From positions 1-60,501 of the forward strand of contig JAITIO010000009.1 in assembly GCA_031279395.1 (NCBI GenBank): a stretch of DNA of 60,501 nucleotides, written 5' to 3'. Shown in pieces: positions 8,946-18,655 of this stretch; the stretch's first letter is position 1, and every line of letters begins with the position of its first letter. The translations under genes and the position numbers were made by a program. This DNA comes from Puniceicoccales bacterium (GTDB lineage Bacteria > Verrucomicrobiota > Verrucomicrobiia > Opitutales > JAIRKQ01). The notes below the pieces were generated by a model. It had not been told where the DNA came from. It saw only the letters and a list, made by a program, of their open reading frames with translations, and did no database searches.

Positions 8946-9719
8946 TTAAATTTTTTCATCTTCGACACCAGTGATAGCATAATGCATTGCCGCCTTCGCT
9001 TCAAGAAAAGACCGGCCGAACATTTTTTCACATATACCTTTTATATTCTCACTCTCTTCTTCTGAACACTTTATTTCGTTATTCAAACAAAATTGGTTAA
9101 TAGCCAAAAATTTCCCATATTTCCCAGTGGAATTTTTTACATCGATTTCATTTTTTGATACCTCCTCCCATGCTTCATTCAGACACGGGATAAGCAAATT
9201 CTTGATAAAGAAATCCCTTCGTGCCTCTGGATCTACGGCCAATAGGTCATAAACCGCTGAGAGGATCTGTGGAAGCTCACTGCTATTGCAGCTCTTTATG
9301 ACAGTTGCTAAGGCTTTTTGGAACTTTTGATCTTCAGTTATTGCTGTTTTGATTCTAAATTGTTGTATGGCAACATCATACTCTGGCCCACCGGATTTGC
9401 TGTTCAGCCACATCGCGAATTTTCTAATGGGGCTGGGGTCAAATCTACCACCTTCAAAGTCATTAACAAAAGCTTGCACTTCTAAGGTTTCCACATTAAA
9501 ATTAGCACAAATGCGCTCATCCAAGCCAAGCTTATCTTTCAACGCCTTCTGATGTGTGCCTAATTGCAGCCGTGAATTTGATTTCGGACTGCCTGATACC
9601 GAATTAACTTTATGCTCCCCAACGGGCCTGGTTTGCTCTGGTATCTTTTGTGCTTCCGAATTTGAAGATGAAGTATCTGAGACTAGAAATTCACTCATAC
9701 TGGAAAAAGTATATGGCAA
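8946..9719 (-). CDS. Hypothetical protein (Ser-rich, probably disordered N-terminus and a helical C-terminal part)
   Basis: 257-aa ORF with N-terminus MPYTFSSMSEFLVSDTSSSNSEAQKIPEQTRPVGEHKVNSVSGSPKSNS. It has no signal peptide and no recognised domain. Confidence 0.5.
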   Translation of the reverse strand: MPYTFSSMSEFLVSDTSSSNSEAQKIPEQTRPVGEHKVNSVSGSPKSNSRLQLGTHQKALKDKLGLDERICANFNVETLEVQAFVNDFEGGRFDPSPIRKFAMWLNSKSGGPEYDVAIQQFRIKTAITEDQKFQKALATVIKSCNSSELPQILSAVYDLLAVDPEARRDFFIKNLLIPCLNEAWEEVSKNEIDVKNSTGKYGKFLAINQFCLNNEIKCSEEESENIKGICEKMFGRSFLEAKAAMHYAITGVEDEKI

Positions 9720-9814
9720 AATATTCAGATGTCAAGGTGAATAGTTGGACAAAATTTTAGGATTTACGTGGAAATTTTAAAATTTTACCAATATGATAAT
9801 TCCGATCGCAAGCA

Positions 9815-10168
9815 TTAAAAAACACATGATTGGGAACCTAAGGGGTGGTTCGATATCAAAGCCACGCATAGAATCTTTGAAAATTTTATACTTTTTTGAT
9901 CTTTGCCATTACTACGCTCTCCACAATTACCACCGGAATTAATAACAGAATGAGGAACGGTTCGATTATCCATATCATCGGTATGCCGATATTCTCGGAA
10001 GTCGGTGATATAAAAAGTCCCAAAGAGGTGACATGGTTCCAATTTTGACAAAATTTTCAATAAAGCCAAGCACAATGGCATCGGAGTATAAATTTTCTCG
10101 GAAAATAAGCAAACAATCTCCCCTTTCTCATCCGCCACAAGCGTTGTACCCACACACTTTCTCTTCAA
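9815..10168 (-). CDS. Doubtful hypothetical ORF
   Basis: 117 codons from a TTG start, Cys-rich, with no motif. The frame stays open upstream without a start codon, so this may be a gene remnant. Confidence 0.2.
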   Translation of the reverse strand: MKRKCVGTTLVADEKGEIVCLFSEKIYTPMPLCLALLKILSKLEPCHLFGTFYITDFREYRHTDDMDNRTVPHSVINSGGNCGERSNGKDQKSIKFSKILCVALISNHPLGSQSCVF

Positions 10169-10200
10169 TCTAAATCGTCTGCTCTTTCCTCCTTTATTTG

Positions 10201-10219
10201 AATTTATGAGTCCTGAGCC
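10201..10219. repeat. 19-nt exact repeat AATTTATGAGTCCTGAGCC, copy 1
   Basis: Identical 19-mer at 25645..25663. Both copies lie in 3' intergenic DNA, this one downstream of clpX. Confidence 0.8.
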
Positions 10220-10310
10220 TGGGATTTTTTTACTTCTTTTTCTGTTAGATTATGTGCTTCATTTCATCGAAAGTGGGACAAAAGATAAAAGCTTTTGCCG
10301 CATTAAAGGA

Positions 10311-11660
10311 CTACTCTTTCGTTACAAATGTGGGTTCGCATTTTTTATTGAAAACATCCTTTGAGATTATCACTTCGGAAATTTTGTCATTTTGGGGAAC
10401 CTTGTACATAATATCAAGCATCATGTTTTCTAGAAGTGAACGCAGTGCTCGAGCCCCCGTTTTCATTTTAACAGCCTGCTTAGCGATTTCGGGGATCACA
10501 TCGTCAACAATTGTCAGGCGAACGCCATCCAACGCTAATAATTTTTTATACTGCTTTATGAGTGCATTTTTTGTGCTCAAAAGAATGCGGCATAGATCTT
10601 CTTCCGTTAGTTCATCAAGTACCGATATGGCCGGCAACCTGCCGATGAATTCAGGGATAAGTCCAAATTTTACTAAATCTTCCGGCTGGACATTTTTTGT
10701 CATCTCTTCGGCCTTTTCGGGCTCATTCTTACTTGGCAATACCTTGAATCCCAAAACGGTCTTACCGATTCGCTCCTTGATAATTTTGTCCAGGTCCGCA
10801 AATGCTCCTCCGCAGATAAACAGAATGTTTCTCGTGTTTACCATTATGTATTCTTGTTCGGGATGTTTGCGCCCTCCCTTTGGGGGTACATTGCAAGTTG
10901 TTCCTTCAAGAATTTTCAACAGAGCTTGCTGGACACCTTCTCCGGAGACATCCCGGGATATGGACACATTTTCCGTTTTGCGGCTGATTTTATCAATTTC
11001 GTCGATGTATATGATTCCACACTCGGCCTTTTTCAGGTTGTAATCCGCTGCCTGTAAAAGGCGCAGCACAATATTTTCAACATCCTCTCCCACATACCCA
11101 GCCTCCGTCAATGTGGTAGCATCGGCTATGGCAAATGGTACATCCAGTGCTTTGGCCAATATTTTCGCCAACAAAGTTTTTCCGCAACCGGTGGGACCAA
11201 TTAGCAAAATGTTGCTTTTTTCAATTTCGACATCCTTCAAATCTTCAGCGATTTCTTCATTTTGTGGTATGTTGTCTTGAGTAAAAATACCATCACAGAG
11301 CAATCTTTTATAGTGATTATATACCGCAACGGATAATGTCTTTTTGGCGTGGTCCTGCCCAACGACGTTTTCATTCAAAACTTCCATTAGTCTCGGAGGA
11401 GAAACCATGTTAAAATTGAATAGCCTATCTTCCTGTACCACAACAGATAAATTGCCATCTTCGCTCTGCCCATTGAAATTTTGAGGGTCTGGTTTGGAAG
11501 AAGCATCGGTTGCCGTAGACGGAAAAAAACCTTTACCAAGTGCCTGGGCACATTTGGCAACGCAACCACTGCATATGAATATTCCGTTGGGGCCCGCGAT
11601 CAATTTTTCTACTTCCATTTGAGATCTTCCACAAAACGAACATTTGATCAAATTTGACAT
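10311..11660 (-). CDS. clpX: ATP-dependent Clp protease ATP-binding subunit ClpX
   Basis: N-terminal zinc finger [28 protein letters not shown], Walker [19 protein letters not shown] and GGAF motifs. I chose the ATG at 11660 over the upstream TTG at 11681. Confidence 0.95.
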   Translation of the reverse strand: MSNLIKCSFCGRSQMEVEKLIAGPNGIFICSGCVAKCAQALGKGFFPSTATDASSKPDPQNFNGQSEDGNLSVVVQEDRLFNFNMVSPPRLMEVLNENVVGQDHAKKTLSVAVYNHYKRLLCDGIFTQDNIPQNEEIAEDLKDVEIEKSNILLIGPTGCGKTLLAKILAKALDVPFAIADATTLTEAGYVGEDVENIVLRLLQAADYNLKKAECGIIYIDEIDKISRKTENVSISRDVSGEGVQQALLKILEGTTCNVPPKGGRKHPEQEYIMVNTRNILFICGGAFADLDKIIKERIGKTVLGFKVLPSKNEPEKAEEMTKNVQPEDLVKFGLIPEFIGRLPAISVLDELTEEDLCRILLSTKNALIKQYKKLLALDGVRLTIVDDVIPEIAKQAVKMKTGARALRSLLENMMLDIMYKVPQNDKISEVIISKDVFNKKCEPTFVTKE

Positions 11661-11846
11661 AACCCTACCTAGGGCATTCAAATTTGATAAATCCCCATGT
11701 CAAATCTATCCGGAATAAATTTTAATAATTGAATCAAGTGCTGTGCAGCATATGTTAACCCCCAAAAAACAAATGACAAATGACGCTGACATCATACACT
11801 ATCGAAATCAAAACTTCAATTGGAAAGCCAAACTGCTAACACAAGT

Positions 11847-12074
11847 TTAAAACTTTTCTATGGTACATCTTGCTTGTTGTAATGCCGTTTTAACCATATT
11901 CAATCGGTTAAACACGGCATTGTCATCGTTGGCATCATGAATCATCACATTGACCTCCGACTCATATTGCAAAAGCTTATTTATTAATTCTTTACGGTAA
12001 AACCCAGATTTATCCTCCAGAAGATTTTTTTCCATGTCCACAAAAATTGGACGTTCTCTTTTTCCTGAATCCAT
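11847..12074 (-). CDS. Small helical protein immediately downstream of sctD (in the YscE position)
   Basis: 75 aa. The start lies 3 nt after the sctD stop, so it is probably co-transcribed. The assignment rests on its position in the Ysc gene order only; I see no motif. Confidence 0.45.
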   Translation of the reverse strand: MDSGKRERPIFVDMEKNLLEDKSGFYRKELINKLLQYESEVNVMIHDANDDNAVFNRLNMVKTALQQARCTIEKF

Positions 12075-12077
12075 TGA

Positions 12078-13421
12078 TTATAACTCTCCGATTTTAAGGA
12101 TAATCGTTTGATTTCCTTTTGTCAATACGATGTTTTCAGGAGTTATATCTTTTATCGAATAGCCATTCGAAAGCGTTGCACCAACCATATACTTTGTCCC
12201 ATCCTTGAAGCCTATCCAATTTAACCCCGTGTCACTGATAGAAACACTGTTGACTTCGCTTCCAAAATATTGCTGTTTAATAACTTCCGGGTCACTTATT
12301 TTTACAAAATTTTTTACTAAAATGTCTTTGCCAAATGTCTTTTCTATTTGCAACTTTGCCAGCCGCCAATTTTCTTCTTCATCGGTGGATACCAACCCTC
12401 CAATGGCTATGCCATCAACCTGGGGAACAATACCAACTTTCCCAGTCAGTTTATATTTTGCAATTATTGGCCTTGCCAGATTAAATGCCTTTGTCGGGAG
12501 AATCACTTCATCCTGCAAGTCAACTATTCCCATAACATCTTCGACTATTCGCTTGCGAACCTTGCCCCATTTATCTTTGTCATAGGCGTAGCCTGTTATT
12601 AGGAAAACCCCATTGGAAATGGATTGTACCTTTGGATGCGATTCAACATTGGACAACAAAGCGTTAATTTCCGATAGAATTTTTTCTTCACTGTAGATTT
12701 TATATTTAATGGTAGGAAAGATAGACCTCAGTTTGGTGCGCAAATTCGATAATTCTTCATTGGATAGAGTATACCCTGAGGCAACAAACCCCATTTGGGT
12801 TTTGCTGATGGTCACATCACCAGCCAATCCTTGTTCAGTAACCGCGTTTTGAAGAAGGGCAAATACATTTGGACTTTCGGAAACTTTGGCAGGGTCTGAA
12901 AACATGGAAACGAAAAATAGAAGAGAAGCGGCAAATCCAAATATTATCAAGGTAATTCCACCATATAACCACGACCGCTTATTCTTAATTTTGTTGATTG
13001 TTGTTACACTTGCAGAGATTTTATCATCAACGACGACTTCCTGTTGTTCCTCGTGAGCAGCATCTTCTTCTCCGAGTTGGGGAGCATCTGCCGCCGATAT
13101 AGCTGGCCATGTTTGATTGGCAGGCCCAATGACAATGTGGGTTGAACCGATTGTGATAAACTGAAATTCTTCAATTGTAATCGTTTCATCTTTGACCAAT
13201 TTGCCGTCGACAAACACTTTACTATTCAGTGGTTTAAGCTTAATACCTTCCGTAGAAAAAGTGATTTCCATATGTCTTGGCTCGATAAACGAATCCGATA
13301 ACACAACATCGCTGCTATTACTACTTCCCACCACCACTGTTTCGTATCCGAAAACGGTTTCAGCACCCTGGTGGTTTCCCGAAAGGATTTTTAACAAAAA
13401 TTCAGAGTCTTTTTCCTTCAT
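12078..13421 (-). CDS. sctD: T3SS inner-membrane ring protein SctD (YscD/EscD family)
   Basis: The N-terminal FHA-like domain (LKILSGNHQGAETVFGYETVVVGSSNSSDVVLSDSFIEPRHMEITF) matches the YscD/EscD-type N-terminus as I recall it. A single TM segment (WLYGGITLIIFGFAASLLFFVSMF) is followed by a ~270-aa periplasmic part. Confidence 0.7.
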   Translation of the reverse strand: MKEKDSEFLLKILSGNHQGAETVFGYETVVVGSSNSSDVVLSDSFIEPRHMEITFSTEGIKLKPLNSKVFVDGKLVKDETITIEEFQFITIGSTHIVIGPANQTWPAISAADAPQLGEEDAAHEEQQEVVVDDKISASVTTINKIKNKRSWLYGGITLIIFGFAASLLFFVSMFSDPAKVSESPNVFALLQNAVTEQGLAGDVTISKTQMGFVASGYTLSNEELSNLRTKLRSIFPTIKYKIYSEEKILSEINALLSNVESHPKVQSISNGVFLITGYAYDKDKWGKVRKRIVEDVMGIVDLQDEVILPTKAFNLARPIIAKYKLTGKVGIVPQVDGIAIGGLVSTDEEENWRLAKLQIEKTFGKDILVKNFVKISDPEVIKQQYFGSEVNSVSISDTGLNWIGFKDGTKYMVGATLSNGYSIKDITPENIVLTKGNQTIILKIGEL

Positions 13422-13487
13422 TACGAGCCGTTTATATATTGTTTTGTTTAAAAAAAATCAAACCTTATCCTCAGTGTTCCTCATTGT

Positions 13488-13862
13488 TTAAAAAGTTGGG
13501 CAAACTTCGTTATTTTTGCTGCTTGCGGTGTAATTTTCACCCGTTGACCAAATTTCATCATTTATCAGTACTTTGAATTCCAAATTTGTTTTGGATGACA
13601 CATCTTTAAATTCCCACTGCCAGCAGTCATCATTCGTACATTTCATTTCTATTCCTTTGTCCCAGGATAATCCGCAACCATCCCCACGAATATATAAACG
13701 ATTGCCAAAACCAATATTAGCCCTAGCAACAACTAATAGTGTTTTACTATTTTGCTTAGAAATACCAACAGCTGGCCTTTTTACCGTATCCGGCCTGGAT
13801 GTATTTACATTCGTTTCCTTTTTTGTAACAAACTTTCCGCTATCTGTTTTTGATGCATGCAT
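13488..13862 (-). CDS. Small protein with a CBM20-like beta-sandwich motif, upstream of sctD
   Basis: GNRLYIRGDGCGLSWDKGIEMKC..WQWEF....LEFKVLINDEIWSTGENY follows the G..LY..G....LG.W.......W......EYK......WE.G.N pattern of starch-binding CBM20-type modules, which I recall from memory. Confidence 0.35.
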   Translation of the reverse strand: MHASKTDSGKFVTKKETNVNTSRPDTVKRPAVGISKQNSKTLLVVARANIGFGNRLYIRGDGCGLSWDKGIEMKCTNDDCWQWEFKDVSSKTNLEFKVLINDEIWSTGENYTASSKNNEVCPTF

Positions 13863-14036
13863 CGAATTATCCCCACTTTTCCTATTACAAACAACCTTTC
13901 CAGAGAAATTTTTTGTTTTTCATGAAAACATCATTCTTTATCCTAACATTTTTTAAGAAAAATAAAATGCTTTTTATTAAAAATTTTTAACCGTTGGCCT
14001 TGACAAATTTTATCGTTAAAACCATTGTGTAATCCC

Positions 14037-14231
14037 ATGAGACGTGTCGTGGAATTTATGGCTGGTATTTTACTCATGTTGACATCGGCTTGTAGCAGTG
14101 TCGATTCTTCAAGTGCGAAAAGTTCACAGTTGCCGTGGGCAAGGCCAACGACATGGGAGCAAAACCCTACGCTTCGTCTGGAAGATTTATCTTATTCTAG
14201 TGGTCATAAAAGCGGTCATAAGGCTAATTAG
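14037..14231 (+). CDS. Small lipoprotein
   Basis: MRRVVEFMAGILLMLTSAC contains a lipobox (LTSAC). I chose the ATG at 14037 over the TTG at 14025. Confidence 0.5.
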   Translation: MRRVVEFMAGILLMLTSACSSVDSSSAKSSQLPWARPTTWEQNPTLRLEDLSYSSGHKSGHKAN

Positions 14232-14272
14232 GAATTAGAAATTTCGACCCACCACAGCCTGTCCTCACTAAA

Positions 14273-14962
14273 ATGTCAAAACTGGTAATAGTCCCAACAC
14301 CCATAGGGAATTTGGGTGATATTTCAGCTAGGTCCATTGATACACTGGCTAGGTGTGACGTTATTCTCTGTGAAGATACGCGGGTGTGTTCCAAACTGTT
14401 AAATCATTTGAAAATAGACAAAAAAATGCTTCTCTACCGTGACGATAACGAAGAAAAGCAGGTCCAAAAAATAATAGACCTAATAGGGGATGGGAATACC
14501 GTTTGTTTAACAAGTGATGCGGGGACTCCTGCGATAAGTGATCCAGGATATAGGATCGTAAATGCATGCCGTAGGCGCAAAATTCCAGTGGAGTCACTTC
14601 CGGGAGCCTGTGCACTTATTACTGCCTTAGCAGCGTCGGGATTACCGAGCGATGGGTTCCTATTCCTTGGATTTTTGCCGAGCAAAACATCTGCTCGGAC
14701 TAATGTGTTCAAAAAATATTCCGACTTCGACTATACTTTGATATTCTACGAATCCCGCCATAGGATTTTGAAATTTTTGAAAGAACTACAAAATGTAATG
14801 GGGGCGACCAGGGTAATCTGTGTGGCCAGGGAAATGACGAAATTACACGAGATATTTCATGTGGGCGAAGCTGGTCAGGTTTACGAAGAAATTGTAGGGA
14901 TGTCCACAAAAGGCGAGTATGTTATAATAGTGGCTCCCCAACGATTCAAATTTAGCCCGTAA
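14273..14962 (+). CDS. rsmI: 16S rRNA (cytidine1402-2'-O)-methyltransferase RsmI
   Basis: LVIVPTPIGNLGDISARSIDTLARCDVILCEDTR, TSDAGTPAISDPG and FYESRHR motifs of the tetrapyrrole-methylase-fold RsmI. Confidence 0.9.
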   Translation: MSKLVIVPTPIGNLGDISARSIDTLARCDVILCEDTRVCSKLLNHLKIDKKMLLYRDDNEEKQVQKIIDLIGDGNTVCLTSDAGTPAISDPGYRIVNACRRRKIPVESLPGACALITALAASGLPSDGFLFLGFLPSKTSARTNVFKKYSDFDYTLIFYESRHRILKFLKELQNVMGATRVICVAREMTKLHEIFHVGEAGQVYEEIVGMSTKGEYVIIVAPQRFKFSP

Positions 14963-15033
14963 TCTTTCGACTTATAATTTTCTTGACCGTTGGTAGATAT
15001 GACATAGCAATGACGATCATGTTTCCCGAAGAT

Positions 15034-15483
15034 ATGTCCCGCAGGCGGAAGAATAGAATTTTTGCTGTACAGTTCATGTATTCCTGGTCCATAAACAAAA
15101 ATAAAGAGCTTGTACAAATCGGTGACATCGTCGACGCTTTTATGGATTCTTATTTTCCCGAGGCAAACGACCAGTACAAATTTGGGAAAGAGCTTGCGGT
15201 GGGAGTTGTTGAAAACATTGATGTCATCGATGATCTGATAAAGAAACATGCCACCCATTGGTCTTTGGACAGAATAGCTATCGTCGATCTGGCTGTTTTA
15301 AGGGTCGCCATATATGAAATGCTATTTCGAGATGACATACCTCCCGTAGTTGCCATGAATGAGGCCATAGACATTGGGAAAATCCTATCGACGGAGGAGT
15401 CCGGAAGATTTTTGAATGGAGTTTTGGATGGTGTTAAAAAAAAGCTAACCCGTCCATTGCGGGAAACAGGAAGATATAGTTAA
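15034..15483 (+). CDS. nusB: Transcription antitermination factor NusB
   Basis: MSRRRKNRIFAVQFMY... and DRIAIVDLAVLRVAIYEMLFRDDIPPVVAMNEAIDIGK are typical of NusB. I chose the ATG at 15034 over the upstream TTG. Confidence 0.85.
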   Translation: MSRRRKNRIFAVQFMYSWSINKNKELVQIGDIVDAFMDSYFPEANDQYKFGKELAVGVVENIDVIDDLIKKHATHWSLDRIAIVDLAVLRVAIYEMLFRDDIPPVVAMNEAIDIGKILSTEESGRFLNGVLDGVKKKLTRPLRETGRYS

Positions 15484-15698
15484 TTTGATTGCCAAGGACA
15501 CAAAAGAAAGACATGGGAGAAAGGAAAATGTACTACGGCGAAGAATAGAGAGAAAGTAATAGGGTATGTCCAAAACCATAGGGCAAAATAAACAACGTCA
15601 ATATAGCAATGGGAACAATGTTTAGGCGGAAAAAATGCCAAAGGAAAAGTGGAATTTGGAGAGAGCCGTTAAAGGGAAGATCGAGAAAGTTGGATGTC

Positions 15699-15869
15699 TC
15701 AATGCGCCACATCATCCGCCACCTGTTGAGGATCACCTTTCCCGGTCGTCGGATGTTGCACGATATCGTACATTAATTCATAAACATTGTTAATGAATTC
15801 AACATCCTCTGATTTTTCAAGATTTTCAAGATATTCGCGTACAAAAGTTTTACTCAATGAAATTTTCAT
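15699..15869 (-). pseudogene. Truncated Txe/YoeB-like toxin remnant
   Basis: A 56-codon ORF below the track threshold: MKISLSKTFVREYLENLENSEDVEFINNVYELMYDIVQHPTTGKGDPQQ... It resembles the N-terminal half of YoeB (..P..GKGKPEPL). A shifted frame continues with ..MWRIETSNFL.., weakly like WSRRITEEHRL. Its start overlaps (ATGA) a 30-codon upstream ORF. Confidence 0.3.
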
Positions 15870-16548
15870 AATTTGTTCACATCTTTAGTCGTCGATTGAG
15901 ACATTTCAGCACAATTTTGCATGTCAGTTCTTTGTGTTGCAATTAAATTACTAGACATAATATATATTATGCGAAAGATGAGGACAATTGCTTCCGATAC
16001 CAACCTACTGGGCGTTTGCTGTGAAATCTTCTAGTGTCGCAGCCGTTCTGGTTGTCGCCCATAGGTAGGGTGTGCTAGGATATCGACCCGCAGCTCGTCA
16101 ATTTTTTCCGCTATTACTAGGTTCGAGCTACAAAACTTTTTATATTCCCTATCGAATTTCTGGCATGGAGATCTGCTTATTATAGCGTTTATGTGTTCAA
16201 CATCGCCATTGATTCGAATTCCTTAGGCATCAAATTCTCGTTTGAATCCTCTTCCACAAATCATTTTTTCTAAAACACTCACGTAATCTCCCATATCCTT
16301 GCCATTTTCGCCCCATAGTTATTGTACTCAAAAATGGCATTTGATGGGCTGTACATCCATCCTTGACTGCTATCTTTCTATATGCTTTTCTCGAGTGAGA
16401 TGATTATCTCATATTCCCTTTTATATGCTTTTGTCAAACAAAATAGCTATAAATGATCTCGACCACCATGACCCAATTATCTGAAAATTATTGATCTAAA
16501 ATCAAAAATTTTACTGACATGCTCCTTTCTCCTATTTAAAAGAAAAAC

Positions 16549-16797
16549 ATGACATTTACGAGCTTTTTTGTCGCGATAGCCCTCTTGGGGTCTTTTTATA
16601 ACGCTACATTTCGTATGAAATTGAGCTATACGCTTTGGTTGATTAGTAATATTTACCTTTGTATTCACAATTTTATCATCAAAGAATATTCCCAGGCATT
16701 TTTGTTTGGAGCATATTTGATCACAACGTTAGTAGGGATCAAAAACACATATAAAGATAAAGATTGGTTCGAGCCAAAGAAAAATTGGGAAAGATAA
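16549..16797 (+). CDS. Small three-TM membrane protein
   Basis: 82 aa with three hydrophobic segments and a basic C-terminal tail. No confident family assignment. Confidence 0.35.
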   Translation: MTFTSFFVAIALLGSFYNATFRMKLSYTLWLISNIYLCIHNFIIKEYSQAFLFGAYLITTLVGIKNTYKDKDWFEPKKNWER

Positions 16798-17097
16798 GTA
16801 CAAATATGGGAAATCGACAGTTGAGATAAAAAACATAAAATGGGAGAGGATAATATTCGTGGAAAATTTTCTGCGTAGATTAGGGAAAATGGTCGTAAAA
16901 ACTCTCCGTTTACCCCTGGTAGAATGTCATGAAATCCCTGCATTTACTTAGGTTAAACCATTTTTGATGGAGAATTAAATGTACCCAGATTAAATGATTG
17001 GCGATGAAATTTAACCGTTGTGTTCCCATGTGAATTTTATATTGGTCCCTTCGTGTTAAAAGCTAATAGTGTCGACGGTGATAAAAATGTGGATCGG

Positions 17098-18576
17098 ATG
17101 GAAAAGATAGTTTCTCTGATGAAGCGGAGAGGTTTCATTTTTAAATCGTTCGATATTTATGGCGGGCTGAACGGTTTTTTCGACTATGGACCGCTCGGGG
17201 TAGAACTGAAACGCAATATTAAGGAGGCCTGGTGGTCAGATGTGGTGAAAAGGCGCAACGATGTTGTTGGACTAGAGTGCTCAATAATTTCGCCTAAAAA
17301 GATTTGGGAAGCATCGGGGCATGTGGCTGGATTTTCCGACCCAATGGTGGATTGCAAGGAATCAAAAATGCGGTTTCGGGCAGATCAACTATTTTTCGCA
17401 AATGCGATCGTCGATGGCGAATCTATAGGTTATATCTGCGTTAAAGAATGTGACAATACTACAGAGGCAGCTGAAATAGCAGCTGAAACATTGAGAAAAA
17501 AATTAAAAAAAGCAGGAACGTTGCAAAAATTGGAAATCAAACCAGTCGCGGAAGCTACCAATGAAGAAATAGCTCTAATTCCTTCTCCCGCGACGGGAAC
17601 AATTGGGGCATTAACCCTGCCACGGGAATTTAATCTAATGTTCCAAACGCACGTCGGAGCTGTTTCCGATGACACTTCCATAGCCTACTTGCGTCCAGAA
17701 ACTGCCCAGGGCACATTCGTTAATTTTCAGAACGTTATCGATACAACGCGGGTGAAAATTCCATTCGGAATTGCACAGATGGGAAGGTCTTTTAGGAATG
17801 AAATCACACCTAGAAATTTTATTTTCCGTTCCCGGGAATTCGAACAAATGGAACTGGAATTTTTCATCGATGACTCGGAAGAAGCATGGCAAAATTGGCA
17901 TGAGTATTGGATAAACGAACGGCTAAAATGGCATAGAAGCATAGGGATTTGTGAAGATTTATTGGGGCTTGATGTGCATAAAAAAGAAAAACTAGCCCAT
18001 TACTCAAAGGCATGTACGGATATTACTTTTAAGTATCCCTTTGGCGTACAAGAGCTCGAAGGAGTTGCTGCCCGGGGGAATTTTGACCTTATGCAACATC
18101 AGAGTTGCAGTGGACAATCGATGGAGTATTTTGATGAAAACACAAAGAGAAAATATGTTCCACATGTTATAGAACCCGCTGCGGGTGTAGATCGCACATT
18201 GCTTGCCGTTGTCTGTTCCGCCTATCATGAGGAAAATGTCGATGATGAAATGCGCACGGTCTTGAAATTTGTTCCACGCGTTGCCCCCATCAAAGCGGCG
18301 ATATTTCCACTGGTGAAAAACAATCCCGAAATTGTCGCCAGGGCACAGGAAATATATAAGACTCTTCAACGACGGTGGAATGTTTTCTACGATGCTAGCG
18401 GGGCCATTGGAAGAAGGTATAGGAGGATGGATGAAATTGGGACTCCTTATTGCATAACCGTTGATTTTGATAGCCTAAAGGATGGTACATTTACGTTGAG
18501 GGATAGGGATTCGATGCAACAGGAAAGAATATCTTTGGAAGAACTAACTTTGTTGATGAGTGATAAAATTTTTTAA
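17098..18576 (+). CDS. glyQS: Glycine--tRNA ligase, homodimeric (alpha2, GlyQS) type
   Basis: MEKIVSLMKRRGFIFKSFDIYGGLNGFFDYGPLG, LRPETAQG, FRNEITPRNFIFRSREFEQMELEFF and EPAAGVDR are class II motifs. The true start is the ATG at 17098; the track ORF carries an N-terminal extension. Confidence 0.92.
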   Translation: MEKIVSLMKRRGFIFKSFDIYGGLNGFFDYGPLGVELKRNIKEAWWSDVVKRRNDVVGLECSIISPKKIWEASGHVAGFSDPMVDCKESKMRFRADQLFFANAIVDGESIGYICVKECDNTTEAAEIAAETLRKKLKKAGTLQKLEIKPVAEATNEEIALIPSPATGTIGALTLPREFNLMFQTHVGAVSDDTSIAYLRPETAQGTFVNFQNVIDTTRVKIPFGIAQMGRSFRNEITPRNFIFRSREFEQMELEFFIDDSEEAWQNWHEYWINERLKWHRSIGICEDLLGLDVHKKEKLAHYSKACTDITFKYPFGVQELEGVAARGNFDLMQHQSCSGQSMEYFDENTKRKYVPHVIEPAAGVDRTLLAVVCSAYHEENVDDEMRTVLKFVPRVAPIKAAIFPLVKNNPEIVARAQEIYKTLQRRWNVFYDASGAIGRRYRRMDEIGTPYCITVDFDSLKDGTFTLRDRDSMQQERISLEELTLLMSDKIF

Positions 18577-18655
18577 AAGTATCATCTTTTTTAAAAGTGT
18601 CATCATTTGACTTGTTGTTTGTAAATTCTTATGTACAATAGGGAACATTCATTTT

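Noticed and set aside
10252-11043. 263-codon plus-strand ORF opposite clpX
   Set aside because: It lies entirely antisense to the unambiguous clpX gene, and its product is low-complexity and Ser-rich with no motif.
15533-15736. 67-codon minus-strand ORF
   Set aside because: It has no motif and is very hydrophobic and low-complexity. It overlaps the frame-shifted continuation of the YoeB-like remnant, so I treat it as part of the decayed region rather than as a gene.
16798-17097. 300-nt leader upstream of glyQS considered as a T-box
   Set aside because: I found no specifier-loop, T-box (AAUUAGGGUGGUACCGCG-like) or terminator/antiterminator pair by eye. Part of the track ORF's N-terminal extension lies here, but the alignment to GlyRS begins at 17098.
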